The position numbers were made by a program, and so were the translations under genes. A stretch of 64,000 nucleotides of DNA from positions 477,287-541,286 of the forward strand of contig NIVC01000551.1 of NCBI GenBank assembly GCA_002269645.1, read 5' to 3'. Positions 21,467 through 34,989 of the stretch are shown piece after piece. Position 1 is the first letter of the stretch. The number at the start of each line of letters is the position of its first letter. Below the pieces are notes generated by a model, which saw only the letters and a program-made list of their open reading frames with translations, was not told where the DNA came from and made no database searches. Source of the stretch: Macrostomum lignano. Its lineage: Eukaryota.

Positions 21467-21691
21467 CAGGCCATCATGACCTTCGTGCGTTCACCTTCTT
21501 TCACTGCTGGACGCGGCCTACCAATCTATATCCGGGCTGTCCTTCAGTTCGAAGCGCTGCCCGATCGCCAGAGGGCTCAGCTGCGACAGCCGGTGGTCGA
21601 GACCGTCCTGCTGAACAGCGTGAAGCGTGCAGAGCGGACGGAGGCTCAGCTGCAACGCTCGTCTGCCATCCTGCATCGGCGACGACTTTAA
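21467..21691 (+). CDS. Candidate terminal coding exon (QAIMTFVRSPSFTAGRGLPIYIRAVLQFEALP...ILHRRRL*), possibly belonging to the 19658 gene
   Basis: A CTGAC branch point at about 21445 and a CAGCAG acceptor precede a coding-like GC-rich frame that ends in TAA. Confidence 0.45.
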   Translation, partial: QAIMTFVRSPSFTAGRGLPIYIRAVLQFEALPDRQRAQLRQPVVETVLLNSVKRAERTEAQLQRSSAILHRRRL

Positions 21692-23487
21692 TTGGCAGGC
21701 CACGTCCACGTGATCCACGCCGAGTGCTACTGCCCGCAGCCTCTACAGGACGCTGGGGCGCCGCTAGCAACGATGAGAGGAGAGGTTGAGCTTCAGAGCT
21801 TGAGGTCCCGGGGACGTGAGTCACGACACTCGCCATCTCTTCCGCTGCTGCCTCATACAGTCGGACTTCTGACCTCGATTCCTTGGCCGCGGCCCTTGAT
21901 TCCTTGTGTTGCCAGGGGATTACTCGAGCTGGGGCCCCTAAGGCTTACTATGCACACAAAGGCACCGCTGGCAGCGACTTCGTCTGCTCGCTCGCGCCTT
22001 GGCGCGCCATCTGACGCACCCTGACCGCAGGAGTCTTTTGTTGTTGATTATAATGATGATCATGTAGCGTCAAACAACGAAAGAAAAAAGCAAATAGAAA
22101 AGAAACAAAGATGTGTTGTTTTGATTAGCAGGATTACAAGTATGCAGTAAGTAGAAATTTGAATAGCTAAAAATATTTACCTTTCTTAGAATAGTTTGCA
22201 AATAAACCTCGGATCACCGAGGAACCTCGACTTCACCGAAGACTGCAGAGTGCTAAGATAAAGGCCATAACGTTAGGTGTGCGAATCCAAGGCCCTACCT
22301 TACCTTACCCAGCTCGAATGTGAATCACCCCGCACTAGGCACTAAAGATCAAAACGTAGATCTTGGCAGGCGGGTTCAAGCAGATGAAGAATGTGGAGGA
22401 GAGTTCGAACTTGCTTCCGGCCTTCACGGGTAGTTTTCTACAGCCGCATCCAGTCTGTTTAGAGAATTCCGGTTCTCTCACCTGAGGTGACACTGGTCAA
22501 CAAGCTATGTAGGAGATATTTTTTTTAATTTCCTGAAAGCTTTGTTAAGAGACTAATCCTTTAGAAACCCACTGGTGCTGCAGAAAACTCCGAGAAAGTA
22601 AAGAAGATCTATATTTTTATTTATGCTGAAGGCATCCAAAGTTGAAAACTTGGCAATAGAGCATTGCAAAGCGCAACACGTTCTGGAAAAAATCTATCTC
22701 TTTATTAGAAGTGTACTTTGCTCAGTTTTACAGGTATCTAACCTTGCTAACAGCTATATAAGAATACATAAATCTAGGCCGAATGACCTTCGCTCTTCGG
22801 GACTTTCCAGGTAACTTAAGTTATTTCCTAGCACTGGCCCCGTGTTTACAGAGTGCGAGGCAACGAGATGTCATTGAGCCCTGCGAGCTGGGGTCCCTGT
22901 AGGCAGGCAGGCAGGTGCGAAAATCGATATTCGAACTAGTCAGATTAAGTTTCGAATGGAGAGCTGCTCGCAAAATCGTCCGATTCACCTGCGGATTGAC
23001 CATCTTATATTTGTCTGCAGGTTCTCTGTGTCAAAGGCGATGAGACTTAGCTGGGTCTTAATCTCATCTGATTGATCAAATCTGCTCACGTGATGAGCTT
23101 TGCCGATTACTGCGGATGCACAGTTTGCTGTAATTCGATAGTCAAGTGATCGGGAAAGATTTGCTAGCTATTTGGATATAACTCTGAAGTTCAAGACCAT
23201 TATAGAGTCCATCGTCTGCTGCAGATGCTAGGGCCTCACAGGGAAGTTCGTGAGAATTTTGCAGCTCATTATTGTAGGGGAAAAGCTGCTCACAGTTGCT
23301 CAGGGCGCAAGTTTTTTAGACAGTTCGTCTTCTTTTTCAAAGCAAGAGAACTTTTCAGCGCAGATCTGTAAGTTAATTACATGTAGCTCGTATGGCTCGA
23401 GCATTTTACTTTTTACAAAAGTACATCCAGCTGCAATAGAAGGGCAGGGTAGCTTTGCGGGACGGCAAAAGGCCTCAGCAAGAGACG

Positions 23488-24188
<701 letters not shown>

Positions 24189-24973
24189 CTTCAAGCATGG
24201 AAATTAATCGATGCTGTACACCCTGTGTGGGCATGTGCCTTTGTATGTATCCATTTGAGTGTTGAGTAGTGTATTTCAATTAATTGAGTCGCTTGAGTTC
24301 TTTTGGAAGAATGTACACGAACTATTAAGTTAAACTCTTGTTGGCAACAAAAGAATGCTCACAAAAGATTAGTTCCAACTTTGTCATAGTAAAGTAGTTG
24401 CAGTCTTCTTGGCTTCCTGCAGACATCTTCACCATCTTCACCACTGAGTTCATTAGGCTGACTACTCCCGTAGCTTCTCAAGCCTCAGTCAGACGCAAGC
24501 ACAATGCAAGCACGTCATGCATACCAGGGTAATTACTCCCGTGTGAAACTGGCACGAGCGGGGGGGGGAGGCGCTGACTCACTGATGTGACTATTACAAA
24601 TTTGTGCTCATGCAGTTTTTGCCGGTCGACCGCGGCATCAATTAATCGAAGGCCTTATAGCAACCGCTTCGTGCCTCGATGCTCATATCTCGTAGTATCA
24701 AGCATGACGAAATTGATTAACTATTAACAGGAGGTGGAGGCTGAGATAAGACTGATACTATTTTCCAGTAGCAATTTTATTATTCTACAGACCAGACCGT
24801 AGTACTATACTGCACAAATACTGGAACTCGTGCACTTTTGTCTGAACTATATGCAAAGTCAGGTCTTAGCCACCTGAGGGGTAGAAACACGCTTAGCTAT
24901 AACTATGAAGCGCAGGTGTCTGACTAATTCAACCTGGGTACTACAGGTAGCTGTTGTAAACATGTTAGCTATT

Positions 24974-25345
24974 GGGTCAGAGTACTATAGTTAAAGGGTC
25001 AGAGTACTATAGTTAAAGGGTCAGAGTACTATAGTTAAAGGGTCAGAGTACTATAGTTAAAGGGTCAGAGTACTATAGTTAAAGGGTCAGAGTACTATAG
25101 TTAAAGGGTCAGAGTACTATAGTTAAAGGGTCAGAGTACTATAGTTAAAGGGTCAGAGTACTATAGTTAAAGGGTCAGAGTACTATAGTTAAAGGGTCAG
25201 AGTACTATAGTTAAAGGGTCAGAGTACTATAGTTAAAGGGTCAGGGAACTAGCTAATGGGTCAGGGTACTAGTTAATGGGTCAAGGTACTAGTTAATGGG
25301 TCAGGGTACTAGTTAAAGGGTCAGAGTACTACAGTTAATGGGTCA
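24974..25345. repeat. 22-bp minisatellite (GGGTCAGAGTACTATAGTTAAA), about 16 copies
   Basis: Period read directly; contains the palindromes AGTACT and ACTATAGT. Confidence 0.95.
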
Positions 25346-25386
25346 GGATAATACATGTATGAGTCAGAGATATCTTGATGTTAAAG

Positions 25387-25642
25387 TGTCGTGTCGTCAA
25401 ATTGCCGAATGCTTAGCTTGTTTATTTGTGAAGTGCGAAGGCGAGGGGTATAAAACCGGAACAAAGCGTACATGTATGAGCGTACGTGCATGCATACAAA
25501 TGAGTCACAACGTACGTAGAAGTGAGAGCGCGAGACAGAGAAGTCACGAGTTTAAAACTGGGGGTGGCAATTACGCAATATGCAGAGCGAGTGAGTCCGT
25601 CAGTCACAACAGTGTGCCAGGGCTCAGCGCCCCGACACCACA
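25387..25642 (-). repeat. 3' LTR (256 bp, TG...CA with imperfect 10-bp terminal inverted repeat)
   Basis: On the minus strand it starts TGTGGTGTCG right after the PPT and ends CGACACGACA; it contains AATAAA. Confidence 0.8.
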
Positions 25643-28600
25643 TCCCCTTTCACCAACGAGGAGCCAGGCGGTCAGGTGGGGCCCTTGGTGCAGCGCTCGC
25701 TCCTCCTTGGCGGCGAATCCGCCAGCTCGCCAACTCGGTCGTGTCGAGGCGGTTCGAGGGCCTGCGGTTCTTCTGGGTCGGTTTCCGCCGCCTCGCCATC
25801 AGCCTCCGCCGCCTCTGCCTGATCAGGCTCGGCTGCTGTGGTCGAGGGCGCGGCAGGCAGCATGCGCAGTTGTCTCGGTGCGCCAGCAGGGCCGGTCAAA
25901 CTTGCCCTTGGTAATGATCGCCGTGTTGTGCCCCGCCTGCACGACGAACCGGGCATGCTTAGCCGGCGCACCATGACGGGCTTGGTAGATGACCGGGGCG
26001 TCTATCTCGAACGTTAGCATCAAGGGGCTTCTCAGCTGACGGCCCATCAGCGCTGACGGGCTGCCCCGACCGTCGCTTCGTGGAGTCGCGCGGTAGTTCA
26101 ACAGCAGCTTTGCGAGGTATGCATCGAAGGGTCCTTGGTGAGCAACAAACGCCCGAAGTCCATGCTTGACGGTCTGCACCATTCGCTCTGCGCACCCGTT
26201 GGACTGCCGATGGTACGGCGGCGTGAACAGCTGGGCGCAGCCGATCCTCTCCAGCCAGTCATGCAGCTCCTGGTCGTGGAACTCCGGCGCGTTGTCGGTC
26301 ACGAGCGTGTTGGGCACGCCCTGCCTGGCGAATATCGCTCGTAGCACTCGAACCACCGTCTTAGCGCTCTTGTCGGCAACCGGCACTGCCTCCGGCCAGC
26401 CGGAGAAGGCATCGACCACCACGAGGATTAGGCCGACTCCAGGGACATGCGCGTGGTCCATGTGCACCCTCTTCCAGGCAGCGTCCTCTGCTGGCCAAGT
26501 GTGTCGGGAGCGGTCTGGCAGCCGTCGGATCTCGGCGCATCTCTGGCACTGCCGCACAGCCTTGAACGGTCTCTCTGCTGCCGAGCACTTGGACCAAACA
26601 TTGTGCCGGGTTCGGTGCTTAATCTTCATCAGAACCGGGTCATTTTCCGTAGCCCGGGAGATCTTGTCCAGCTTTAGCACGTTAGTTTCTGTCCAGTGGA
26701 TGAATTCGCCGCTTCGTAATGGTGTTGCCCCGGACGTAGGCGATGTCGTAGTCGAACGCGGCCATCTGGATCACCCACCGCATGATCCGGGCCGAAGTCA
26801 CCATAGGCAGCTCCCGGCTGGGGCCGAAGATGAACTCCAGCGGCTGATGGTCGCACTGGAGCAGGAACTTCTTTCCTAGCAGGAAGTGCCTCGCACGCTG
26901 GATTGCCCAGACCACGGCCAGAGCTTCCCGCTCGATGTTCGAATAGTTGCGTTCGGCGAGGGTCAGGCGCCTGGACAGGTACAGCACCGGGTGGCCGTCC
27001 TGGGTGAGAATGCCGGAGACCGCTAGTTTACTCCCGTCGGTCGTCAGGGTCGTCAGCTTCTTGGGGTCAAAGATTCGGTACGCTGCGAGGGCCTTCTTGA
27101 GGTCGTCAAAGGCTTTCTGCTGTTCCGGGCCCCACTCGAAACTGACCTTCCGACTTCGCAGCGCCGTCAAAGGCTCGACCCTCCCGGATTAGGCCTGGGT
27201 GTAGCGTGCGTAGTAGTTGGTGAGCCCAAGAAAGGACTCGAGCTCCTTCCTAGTTGTTGGCTGCGTAACCTTCTGAATCTTCTCGACTAGCTTGGCGTCA
27301 GGCCGGACACCGTCTACGGAGACGCGGTAGCCCAGGAAGGAGATCTCGGTGCTCCTAAAGGCGCACTTGCCTGGGTTGATCTCCATGCCGGCCTCCAAGA
27401 TGCTGAGCAGCTGCGCCACCGTTGTATCCAGCTGGGCCTCCGATGGAGCGCCTACGCAAATTTCGTCCTGGTAGATCACCATGTTCGGCACTGCATCGCC
27501 GATGGTGGCATCCATGGCTGCTTGAAACTGGGCGCTGGCCATCTTGACTCCACAGGGCATCCTTGTCCACCGCAGCAGGCCAATCAGCGTATTGATGGTG
27601 AGCACCTCTCTCGCGCTCTCATCTAGCTCGATTTGGTTGTATGCGTTGGTCAGGTCGACAGTAGCAACGTGCGACATCCCCGCCAGGGCGCAGAAGGCGG
27701 ACTAGATGTTGGGCAGAGGGTAGGAGTCCGCACAGGTCTTCGGGTTGACGCCGACTTTATATTCCGAGCAGAGCCGCAGATCGTTGTTCAGCTTGCGCAC
27801 CACGACGATGGGCAACGCCCACTGGCTTCCTCCAGGTGGGACGTGCTCTACTGGTAGAACGCCGCTTTTTACGATCTTGTGCAGCTTGTCTATCACCAGC
27901 GGCTTCATGTGGATCGGCACCGGGCGCGCCTCGTAGTAGCTGGACTGCACATTGTTCTTCAGTAGGATACTGACCTGAAAGCCTCGCAGCTTGCCTAGTG
28001 GGGGTGCAGTCTCCTCAGCATGATTGATGGAGACTCCATCCAGCTTGAAGTCAAGGGCGTCCGTGCTTAGTAATCCATGGCTCTTTTCACAGGCGGCCAC
28101 CGTGACTTCGATGCAGCAGACTCTGTGGCTGAGCTCCACCACGGCCGTGAAGCAGCCGAGGGTCTTGACAGAGCCGTCGAATTGGCGAAGCTGCCGAGGA
28201 CACCGCTCGAGCTTTGGTTCTCCCAAAGCCATTCAAAAGTTTCTCGGGATGACGCTAGCGTCGGATCCAGAGTCCAGCTGCATAGCCAGCAGCTTGCTGT
28301 CCAGCCTCAAATTCTTGATGCTGCTGGTTTTCACGCTGTGCGCGCTGCTGACCGTGAAGACTCCGCTGGTTGCTGGCCCCGATGCGTCAGGCAACTCCTC
28401 CGCTTCCAGCTCATGTGCTGACCTTGAGTTCTGGGCGCCACCTCGGCACACGGCGGCGAAGTGATTTCGGCGCCCTCACTTCGCGCATGTCTTGCACCAA
28501 TCAGGGAGGGCATCGGCCGCTCTGGTGCCGCTGGCCGCAGAACTTGCATGACTTCTCGGCCCGACGATTTTTGTCAATGCTGGCGATGGCGGCTGGGCCG

Positions 28601-29081
28601 GGTGGCTCCGCTGCTGGGATGGCCTCGGCAGCTTTACTGGTTCTGCTGTAATGCTGGATCAGCTCGAGCTGCTGGATGTACTCCACGCAGCTCTGCAGTC
28701 TCACTTGTGCTGTAGCGCTCTGGATGAAGCGCTGCTTCATCCGCTGATCATGAGGGTCTGGATGAGTTCATCTTCAGCAACTGCTGGCTGACATAAAGTT
28801 GGAGCGCTCAGCGATTACAAGCCGCTTCTTGGGGGCCACCTTCTCCATAATGAGGGTCCGTATGTCCTTGAAGTCCATTGACTCGAGCTCTCCCGGCCGT
28901 GCCATTACGCAGATTCACCGGATAGCGTCCACTCCTGCCTTTGAAAGGATAGTCGGTGATTTGCCTGTCCTCCGGTTTGTCTGTCAGCTTTTTGCTCCGA
29001 CTGAGTGCTGCAAAGCTACGGAGCCAGGCCTCAGTCATAGCTGGGTTGTCCAGTGGCAATTCACCTGCTTGCGACGCCATT

Positions 29082-29162
29082 TGTCGTGTCGTCAAATTGC
29101 CGAATGCTTAGCTTGTTTATTTGCGAAGTATTTGCCTTTACGGGTTTAAAACGGGCACAACA
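29082..29162 (-). repeat. 5' LTR (81 bp)
   Basis: Shares its terminal about 48 bp with the 3' LTR. It ends CA directly before the PBS, starts TGTTGTG and is bounded by the TSD. Confidence 0.65.
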
Positions 29163-30487
29163 TAAAGGAATCAAGCTAATTAAGTCGAAAGGTTACTAGA
29201 TTTTATGGGTCAAGTGAGGAGATTAAATAGTTTACCTTACAGGTGGTCAAGCATTGATTAGCAGCTGATCAACAGTAGCACGGGACTTCAGAGAAAAAAC
29301 TATTTAAAATCTTTAACCAACAAGCGCAAATTTAGCTTATAGCTTTTAATTATTTTTGCCGGACATTGGCGATGCCGGCCTGAAGATAAGCGAACAAAAA
29401 TAATAAGAGAGAGAGACAGAGAGAGTTGCTCAGAAGGCGCGTTTTAATTAACACGCGCAACAGAAACACGCGTGACCAGGGCGACGAGTGTGTTTTTTGG
29501 AAATGAATGAGCAATGGTCCCAGGTGAGCATAATTACACACGTGACAACTTGTAGGCTACTGAACAACATGTTATTTTCCATGAGATACTCGAGGTGCGT
29601 GAAAATTACTACTACTGAACTAAGCATATGCATTGAAGGTGACGCACTAGCTGGCTAATAAATTCTTTAGTTTTATTGTGAGACACTGATACTACTGATG
29701 AGAAGTAGGCATACTAGGGACAGTCAGAGCACAATGTAGAAAAATTGCTGAAATCGCAGAGATGGGGATGTTTTATAAGCCATAGTTACGAAAAAGTTCA
29801 ATCTGACAACAATTTGTAAGTCAAACGGCCTTCTATTTTCCAGCTACCCCAAATTTTCGCTTTTAAAGATGCTGAAAAAAGCTTTTCTAGAAGCTAGAGA
29901 CGAGAATGATGGTTTGATAATTTGGTTCTCATCAGTGTAAATTGAACCCAGAAACTCTGGTTCGAGGACGCCTTGAGCCCTAGTGCCAGCAGCTGTTGTC
30001 CCAGAGAGGAAAGCTTCACTCATGGGGCTTCTCAACTTTCTGTTTATTCATTTTGCATCTGCAGCTCGGGAGCTGGAAAAACGGTATAAAGGGCAAACCC
30101 AAGCATCGTCAACAAAGCCTTCGCTTCGGTGCCTTCTCATGCCAACCTGGGCACAATGGAGTTGACGAAATGCGCTCGCTGCTTAAGCCTATCGAAAAGC
30201 AGACCTGCCAGAGAAAAAGCAGAGAAAAGGTGGGACAGAGAGTTGTGCTGCATATACCCGCCTCTATAAGTCTCGTCCCGCAGGCCAACTACAACGGTCT
30301 CTATGTGCGCATTTCTAAGCTCTGCATAAAAAAAGAAGCTGTCAGGTGGCACTGCAGACGGCAGAACCCTCGCCGTGCTCAAGTGAAGCCTCGCTTCGTT
30401 GCCTAACTGTTTTTATATACACACCTTCTAATTTTGTAAGACAGCAATTATTTGGTCTTCAGCGAGCAGCTGAAATAATATCCAATA

Positions 30488-33400
30488 ATGACTGATATGC
30501 TTGATCCGGAGCTGTTCCTTTTGCGAAAGAAGCAGAAACAACAACAACAACAGCAGCAGCAACAGCAACAACAGGAACAGCAGAAGCCGCCAGTACAACT
30601 AGACATTGACGATCTGCTATCAAAAGCCAAGCAGGACTTCCCGGATCCAGAGAAACTGCAACAATCAAAAAGTGAAAAGAAGGACTTCCCAGATCCACCA
30701 CTTCCGGCGGCGAAAGGAGGCAAGAGCGACTTCCCAGATCCGCCACTTCCGGCGGCGAAAGGAGGCAAGAGCGACTTTCCAGATCCGCCACTTCCGGCGG
30801 CGAAAGGAGGCAAGAGCGACTTCCCAGATCCGCCACTTCCGGCGGCGAAAGGAGGCAAGAGCGACTTCCCAGATCCGCCACTTCCGGCGGCGAAAGGAGG
30901 CAAGAGCGACTTCCCAGATCCGCCACTTCCGGCGGCAAAAGGAGGCAAGAGCGACTTCCCAGATCCGCCACTTCCAGTGGAGAAAGGAGGCAAGAGCGAC
31001 TTCCCAGATCCGCCACTTCCGTCGGAGAAAGGAAGCAAGAGAGACTATCCAAATCCGCCACTTCCGTCGGAGAAAGGAAGCAAGAGAGACTTTCCAAATC
31101 CGCCACTTCCGGCGGAGAAAGGAAGCAAGAGAGACTTTCCAAACCCGCCATCGGGACAGCCAAAGAAGGGTCAAGTAGAACTGAGCAGCACCACAGAATC
31201 ACAGACTCAGCAAAAGCCGTCATCATTCGACTTGCTTGATCCGGAAGCGATGCTCAAAAAGCGTTTGCAGTCAAAAACGGAACCTTCGAAGCCAGCTGAT
31301 GAGAAAGTAACTCAGCAACAGAGTTTACAATCCTCTGCAGAAGCAGCTAACAAAGCAGAAAAGCCAGTAGATCTAGCCGCAAAAGGCGATTCTGAGATAG
31401 CAATAAAGAACCAAATCGACACAGAGTCTTCCAAAACGTCACGATCTGGGTTGCCCGATCCGACTGAGCTGTTGAAGAAGCGCAAAGGATCGTCAGCCGA
31501 GACGGCTGCGATAGTAGAGACAAAGACTTTAGACATTCCCAGCCCAGTTGAGAAGGACCAACAGTTGACTGACGGACAGGACCCGACGGAGCTTCCAAAG
31601 AAGACGAAAGGGTCAACGGCTGAACGGGTGTCAGCAGAAGCAGAGACTCCCAAGAAAACTGAAGATGTCAAGTTCGACACCTCTTCGAAAGAGGTAACTG
31701 AGGCCTCAACTAAATCTTCATTGCCAGAACCGAGCCAGCTGATCAAAAAAGAGAAGCCCAAGGCCGATGAAGGACCGAAAATTTCCCAGACTGTCACGTC
31801 AGAAGACAAAGAATCAGTGACAAAGACTTCAAAAATGACAAAGAGCACTTCAGAAAAGCAAATAGAGTCTACCAAACAGTCAGAAGAGACAAAAATCAGT
31901 CCAAAAGACTCGTCACCGAAGCCTCCAGCTGTCAAAATCAGTCAGAAACCACCGATTCAAGTCGTCGAGCCACCTGCTAGAAGAGAGCTACAAAGACGAC
32001 CTATTGAAGAGGTGGCCACAATTGAAGAAGAAAGCGAGGACAGGGCAGCAGATACGGATTCTGATGAAGCATGGAGGCTGAGCTCCGCGAGGTCTCAGCC
32101 GGCCGCATCGCCAAGATCGCCTCGACGTACGGGAGGTCAGGCGTTGGGACCGCTGCCCACCTATTCCAGTTCGTCAAGAGATCTGATTGCCAAGATGCGG
32201 GCAAATTTGGCCAACAGCCAGGTATGAAGCGTATTTAAAGTTAAGTCTAAGTCCCTTAAGTCCCTTAACAGTAGTTGACAAGCAGGAGGTCCACAAATGT
32301 CGATCGACGCGTTTTAGTAGCCAGACTTTCGGCAAAAATAAAATAAAAACATGACACCTTAATAGTTTTTGTTTAATATCTTGATGTCGTTAAGTCTTGC
32401 GATTCAAAGCAACGCAGGGTTCCTACTCGTAATGTACAATGGATATCACTATCACGGGAAATGAACCAATGTCCAACAACCATTCCAACACGATTTCAGC
32501 CTACGCCAGCTGCCAACGAAGACTACACAGTCTACGACGAGGAGGAGCGCGAAGCCATGGCAACCGCGGTTGCCGCCGGCGCCGCCATGGCTGCCTCCAG
32601 CCCCAGAGGCGGCGGCACATCCCGGATGACCGCCTTCGCGCCCAGCTTCGGCAACCAACTGCCGCACTTCCGACCTCCAACCTCGACGGCATCGCCACGG
32701 CTTCAGTCGCAGCAACAGCAGCAGCAGCAGCAGCCGCTTGGAGTTGCTCATGAGGTTAGAGCAAAGCTAGAAAGCGAACGAGCTGGTCGAGAAGCCGACG
32801 CCGAGCTACGACAGGAGCTGCATCGCCGACAAGTGGACGTTGACCGATTGCACAACAGTCTGGACAGGTTGCAGAGGCAGAATGTCCAGACGAAGGCTTA
32901 CCTGGTTGCGGCACTCGAGAAGGGCGAAAGCCAGGTAAGTATTTATCTACCCACCTACATAGCAACTTCCAAAATGCTTCTATTCAAGATTTCGCATGCA
33001 AAAGCCTCTGAAATACACGATATATAAACCCCAACACAGGCTAGCGAACTCATGCAGATCATGGAGGAGGACCGAGCAGTGCTGCAAGCGACTCGCCAAG
33101 AAAATCTTGAGTTGCGCTCCCGTGTCGAATCGGATTCTCGCGACATCGCCGGCTTGGAGAGTCGGCTCGGCGAGCTGGAGCAGCTGCTGCAGTCGGTGCA
33201 GCAGGAGAACCGCCGGTTGGCCCAGCAGCTGCAAGCGACATCAGCTCGTCTGGATAGGCAGCAGCAGCCGCAGTCTGGCGTCTACTTCAATGATGATTAT
33301 AGCATAGGCGGCGGTAGCGGCGGACATTTTGTCGGCTCAGCCTCAGCCGAAACGGCGCGACTCCGACGAGAAGCCGTCAATCAGCGGCTGAAGGCAGAGC

Positions 33401-34989
33401 TGAACAGTCAGCAGCAGTATGCGCAGCTGCCGCAGGGATTTTCATCGGACCTACAGACGGGAGCTTTTCAACAGCAAGCCGGAACCGGAGCGCCGATGAG
33501 TCGACTGCAACGAGCCCTGCAGTTTCCGCTTCCAAAGCCGCAACCACCGCAGCAGCAGCAGCAGCAGAGACAGCAGCCGACTCAGCATCAGTCATCATTC
33601 CTAGCCAGAATTCGAAGAACCCATCAGACGCCAATGCAGCCACAGTCAGTCTACGGAGCTGTCAGTGCCAACGAGCCAGCCAGCAATTACAACTACGATC
33701 GATTCCGCAGCTCAGCCGCCACCGCGTCGAGTATCTGGCAGGGCTACGAGGCTTTGAACAGCTTCCGCAGCCGGTCTGGGGAAGATTCGGTTCCTAAGCA
33801 ACGGGCTCTAGAGAGGTACGAGCTGATTGCGATTATCGTGAGACTGAGTAGCAGCGGTAACTTGTCGAACTCTCGTACCTGAGTTCGGATTCTCGAGACA
33901 ACCTCCTAGGCAGAGAATATACATGTATACTCAACAGCATTAAAAAGTCGCCACCTTTAAAAGTGCGCAGTAAATTCTAGCTCAGTATAGACTTTTGAGT
34001 GCCGCAACTTGCGCCACGCGACGCAGAGTTGGGCTGGGTGAGGAGGGATCTCTCAACCAATCGAACGTTGGTGCCGGCGTCCATTAAATGTCCGTGTAGT
34101 AATTCCAGTTTAACATAGGGTAAAAAGTCTGATGGACGTCTAATGCAGACCTAAGTATTTTTCACGGACTTATTCCAAACTGACGTTTGCCTGGCAACTA
34201 CTTTCGTTCAACTAAGCGTACATGTGTATCTTAAAAAAACAGACTTAAGAGTCCGACGTTCAAAAGTCCAAAGTGGAGTTCAATTAATAGACGTCCATCA
34301 GACGTTTTGCCCTATGTTAAACTTCAATACCACACAGACGTTTAAAGGAGGACGTCCGCACCAACGTCTGATTGGTTGCGCGGGGAATCCGGGGATTGTG
34401 AAGAGCGGAAGGCGAAGATTGAATGGATTGAAGCTTCCGCCCGTTTTTTATTGTTTTTCAAGCATTTTTAATCAAAATGGCTGGCCAGGTGATAGACATA
34501 CTTAACTATAAATAAAGTAAGGGCCGCCGTACACTCCTGTGTGTGTCTGTGCGTATGACTGCGTACGTATCCGCGCGCTTGTGTGTCCGCTCAGGCCGGG
34601 AGTCGGTGTAATGGGCAATGATGCCTCTCGCCGGTTGTGTGACAATGTCGCTTAAAGTGCGCCAGGGTGCACGCAGCCCCTTAAAATTCGAATCTTAAAA
34701 AGATGGGTAAGGGAATACATGTAAATTCCCCTACGATGCTTGGTTTTAACAGCAAAAGTTAAAAGCAAGCACACGCATAGTTACATACCGTGACTTTCTA
34801 GCACTTTAGAATTTCGGAAATTAATATGATATCTAACTAAACAATTGCAGAAGCCTAACAGGAGCTCTGGATGACTATGTGACAGCCAGAGAGCTGGGCG
34901 CCAGCGCCAGACGATACGCTGACGAACTGCTGGCCAAGTACTCCAAGGAGCTGCAGCAGTGCTCAAGCTCCAATGGTGCTCAACAGTAA
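30488..34989 (+). CDS. About 1027-aa protein with polyQ, DFPDPPLPAAKGGKS repeats, a low-complexity S/K/E/T region and a C-terminal coiled coil. Exons 30488-32221, 32500-32934, 33040-33815, 34851-34989
   Basis: GT-AG junctions in phases 0,0,2 join in frame (3084 nt total). There is an in-frame stop upstream of the ATG, and a heptad-like segment LESRLGELEQLLQSVQQENRRLAQQLQ. No family recognised. Confidence 0.8.
30673..31150 (+). repeat. 45-bp coding tandem repeat (15-aa unit DFPDPPLPAAKGGKS), about 11 copies
   Basis: Read directly in DNA and in the translation. Confidence 0.95.
34114..34316. mobile_element. 203-bp MITE with about 29-bp TIRs and TTAA target-site duplication (intronic)
   Basis: ttaa|CATAGGGTAAAAAGTCTGATGGACGTCTA ... 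TAGACGTCCATCAGACGTTTTGCCCTATG|ttaa. Confidence 0.8.

Larger units (their letters stand above)
25387..29162 (-). mobile_element. Ty3/gypsy LTR retrotransposon (Mag/K02A2.6-like), frameshifted, with a 5-bp TSD TAAAG
   Basis: Minus-strand domains: gag with CKFCGQRHQSGRCP and NHFAAVC knuckles, protease LDSGSDASVIP, RT (VDLTNAYNQI, RMPCGVK, IYQDEI), RNase H (TDGSK, ERNYSNIEREALAVVW) and integrase (VVDAFSGWPE, VTDNAPEF, SNGCAERMVQTVK). PBS TGGCG follows the 5' LTR and PPT GAAAGGGGA precedes the 3' LTR. TAAAG occurs at 25382-25386 and 29163-29167. Confidence 0.92.

Noticed and set aside
30061-30090. SGAGKT P-loop-like peptide after a CAG
   Set aside because: It is followed by a stop two codons later, and no surrounding myosin or ATPase sequence is present.
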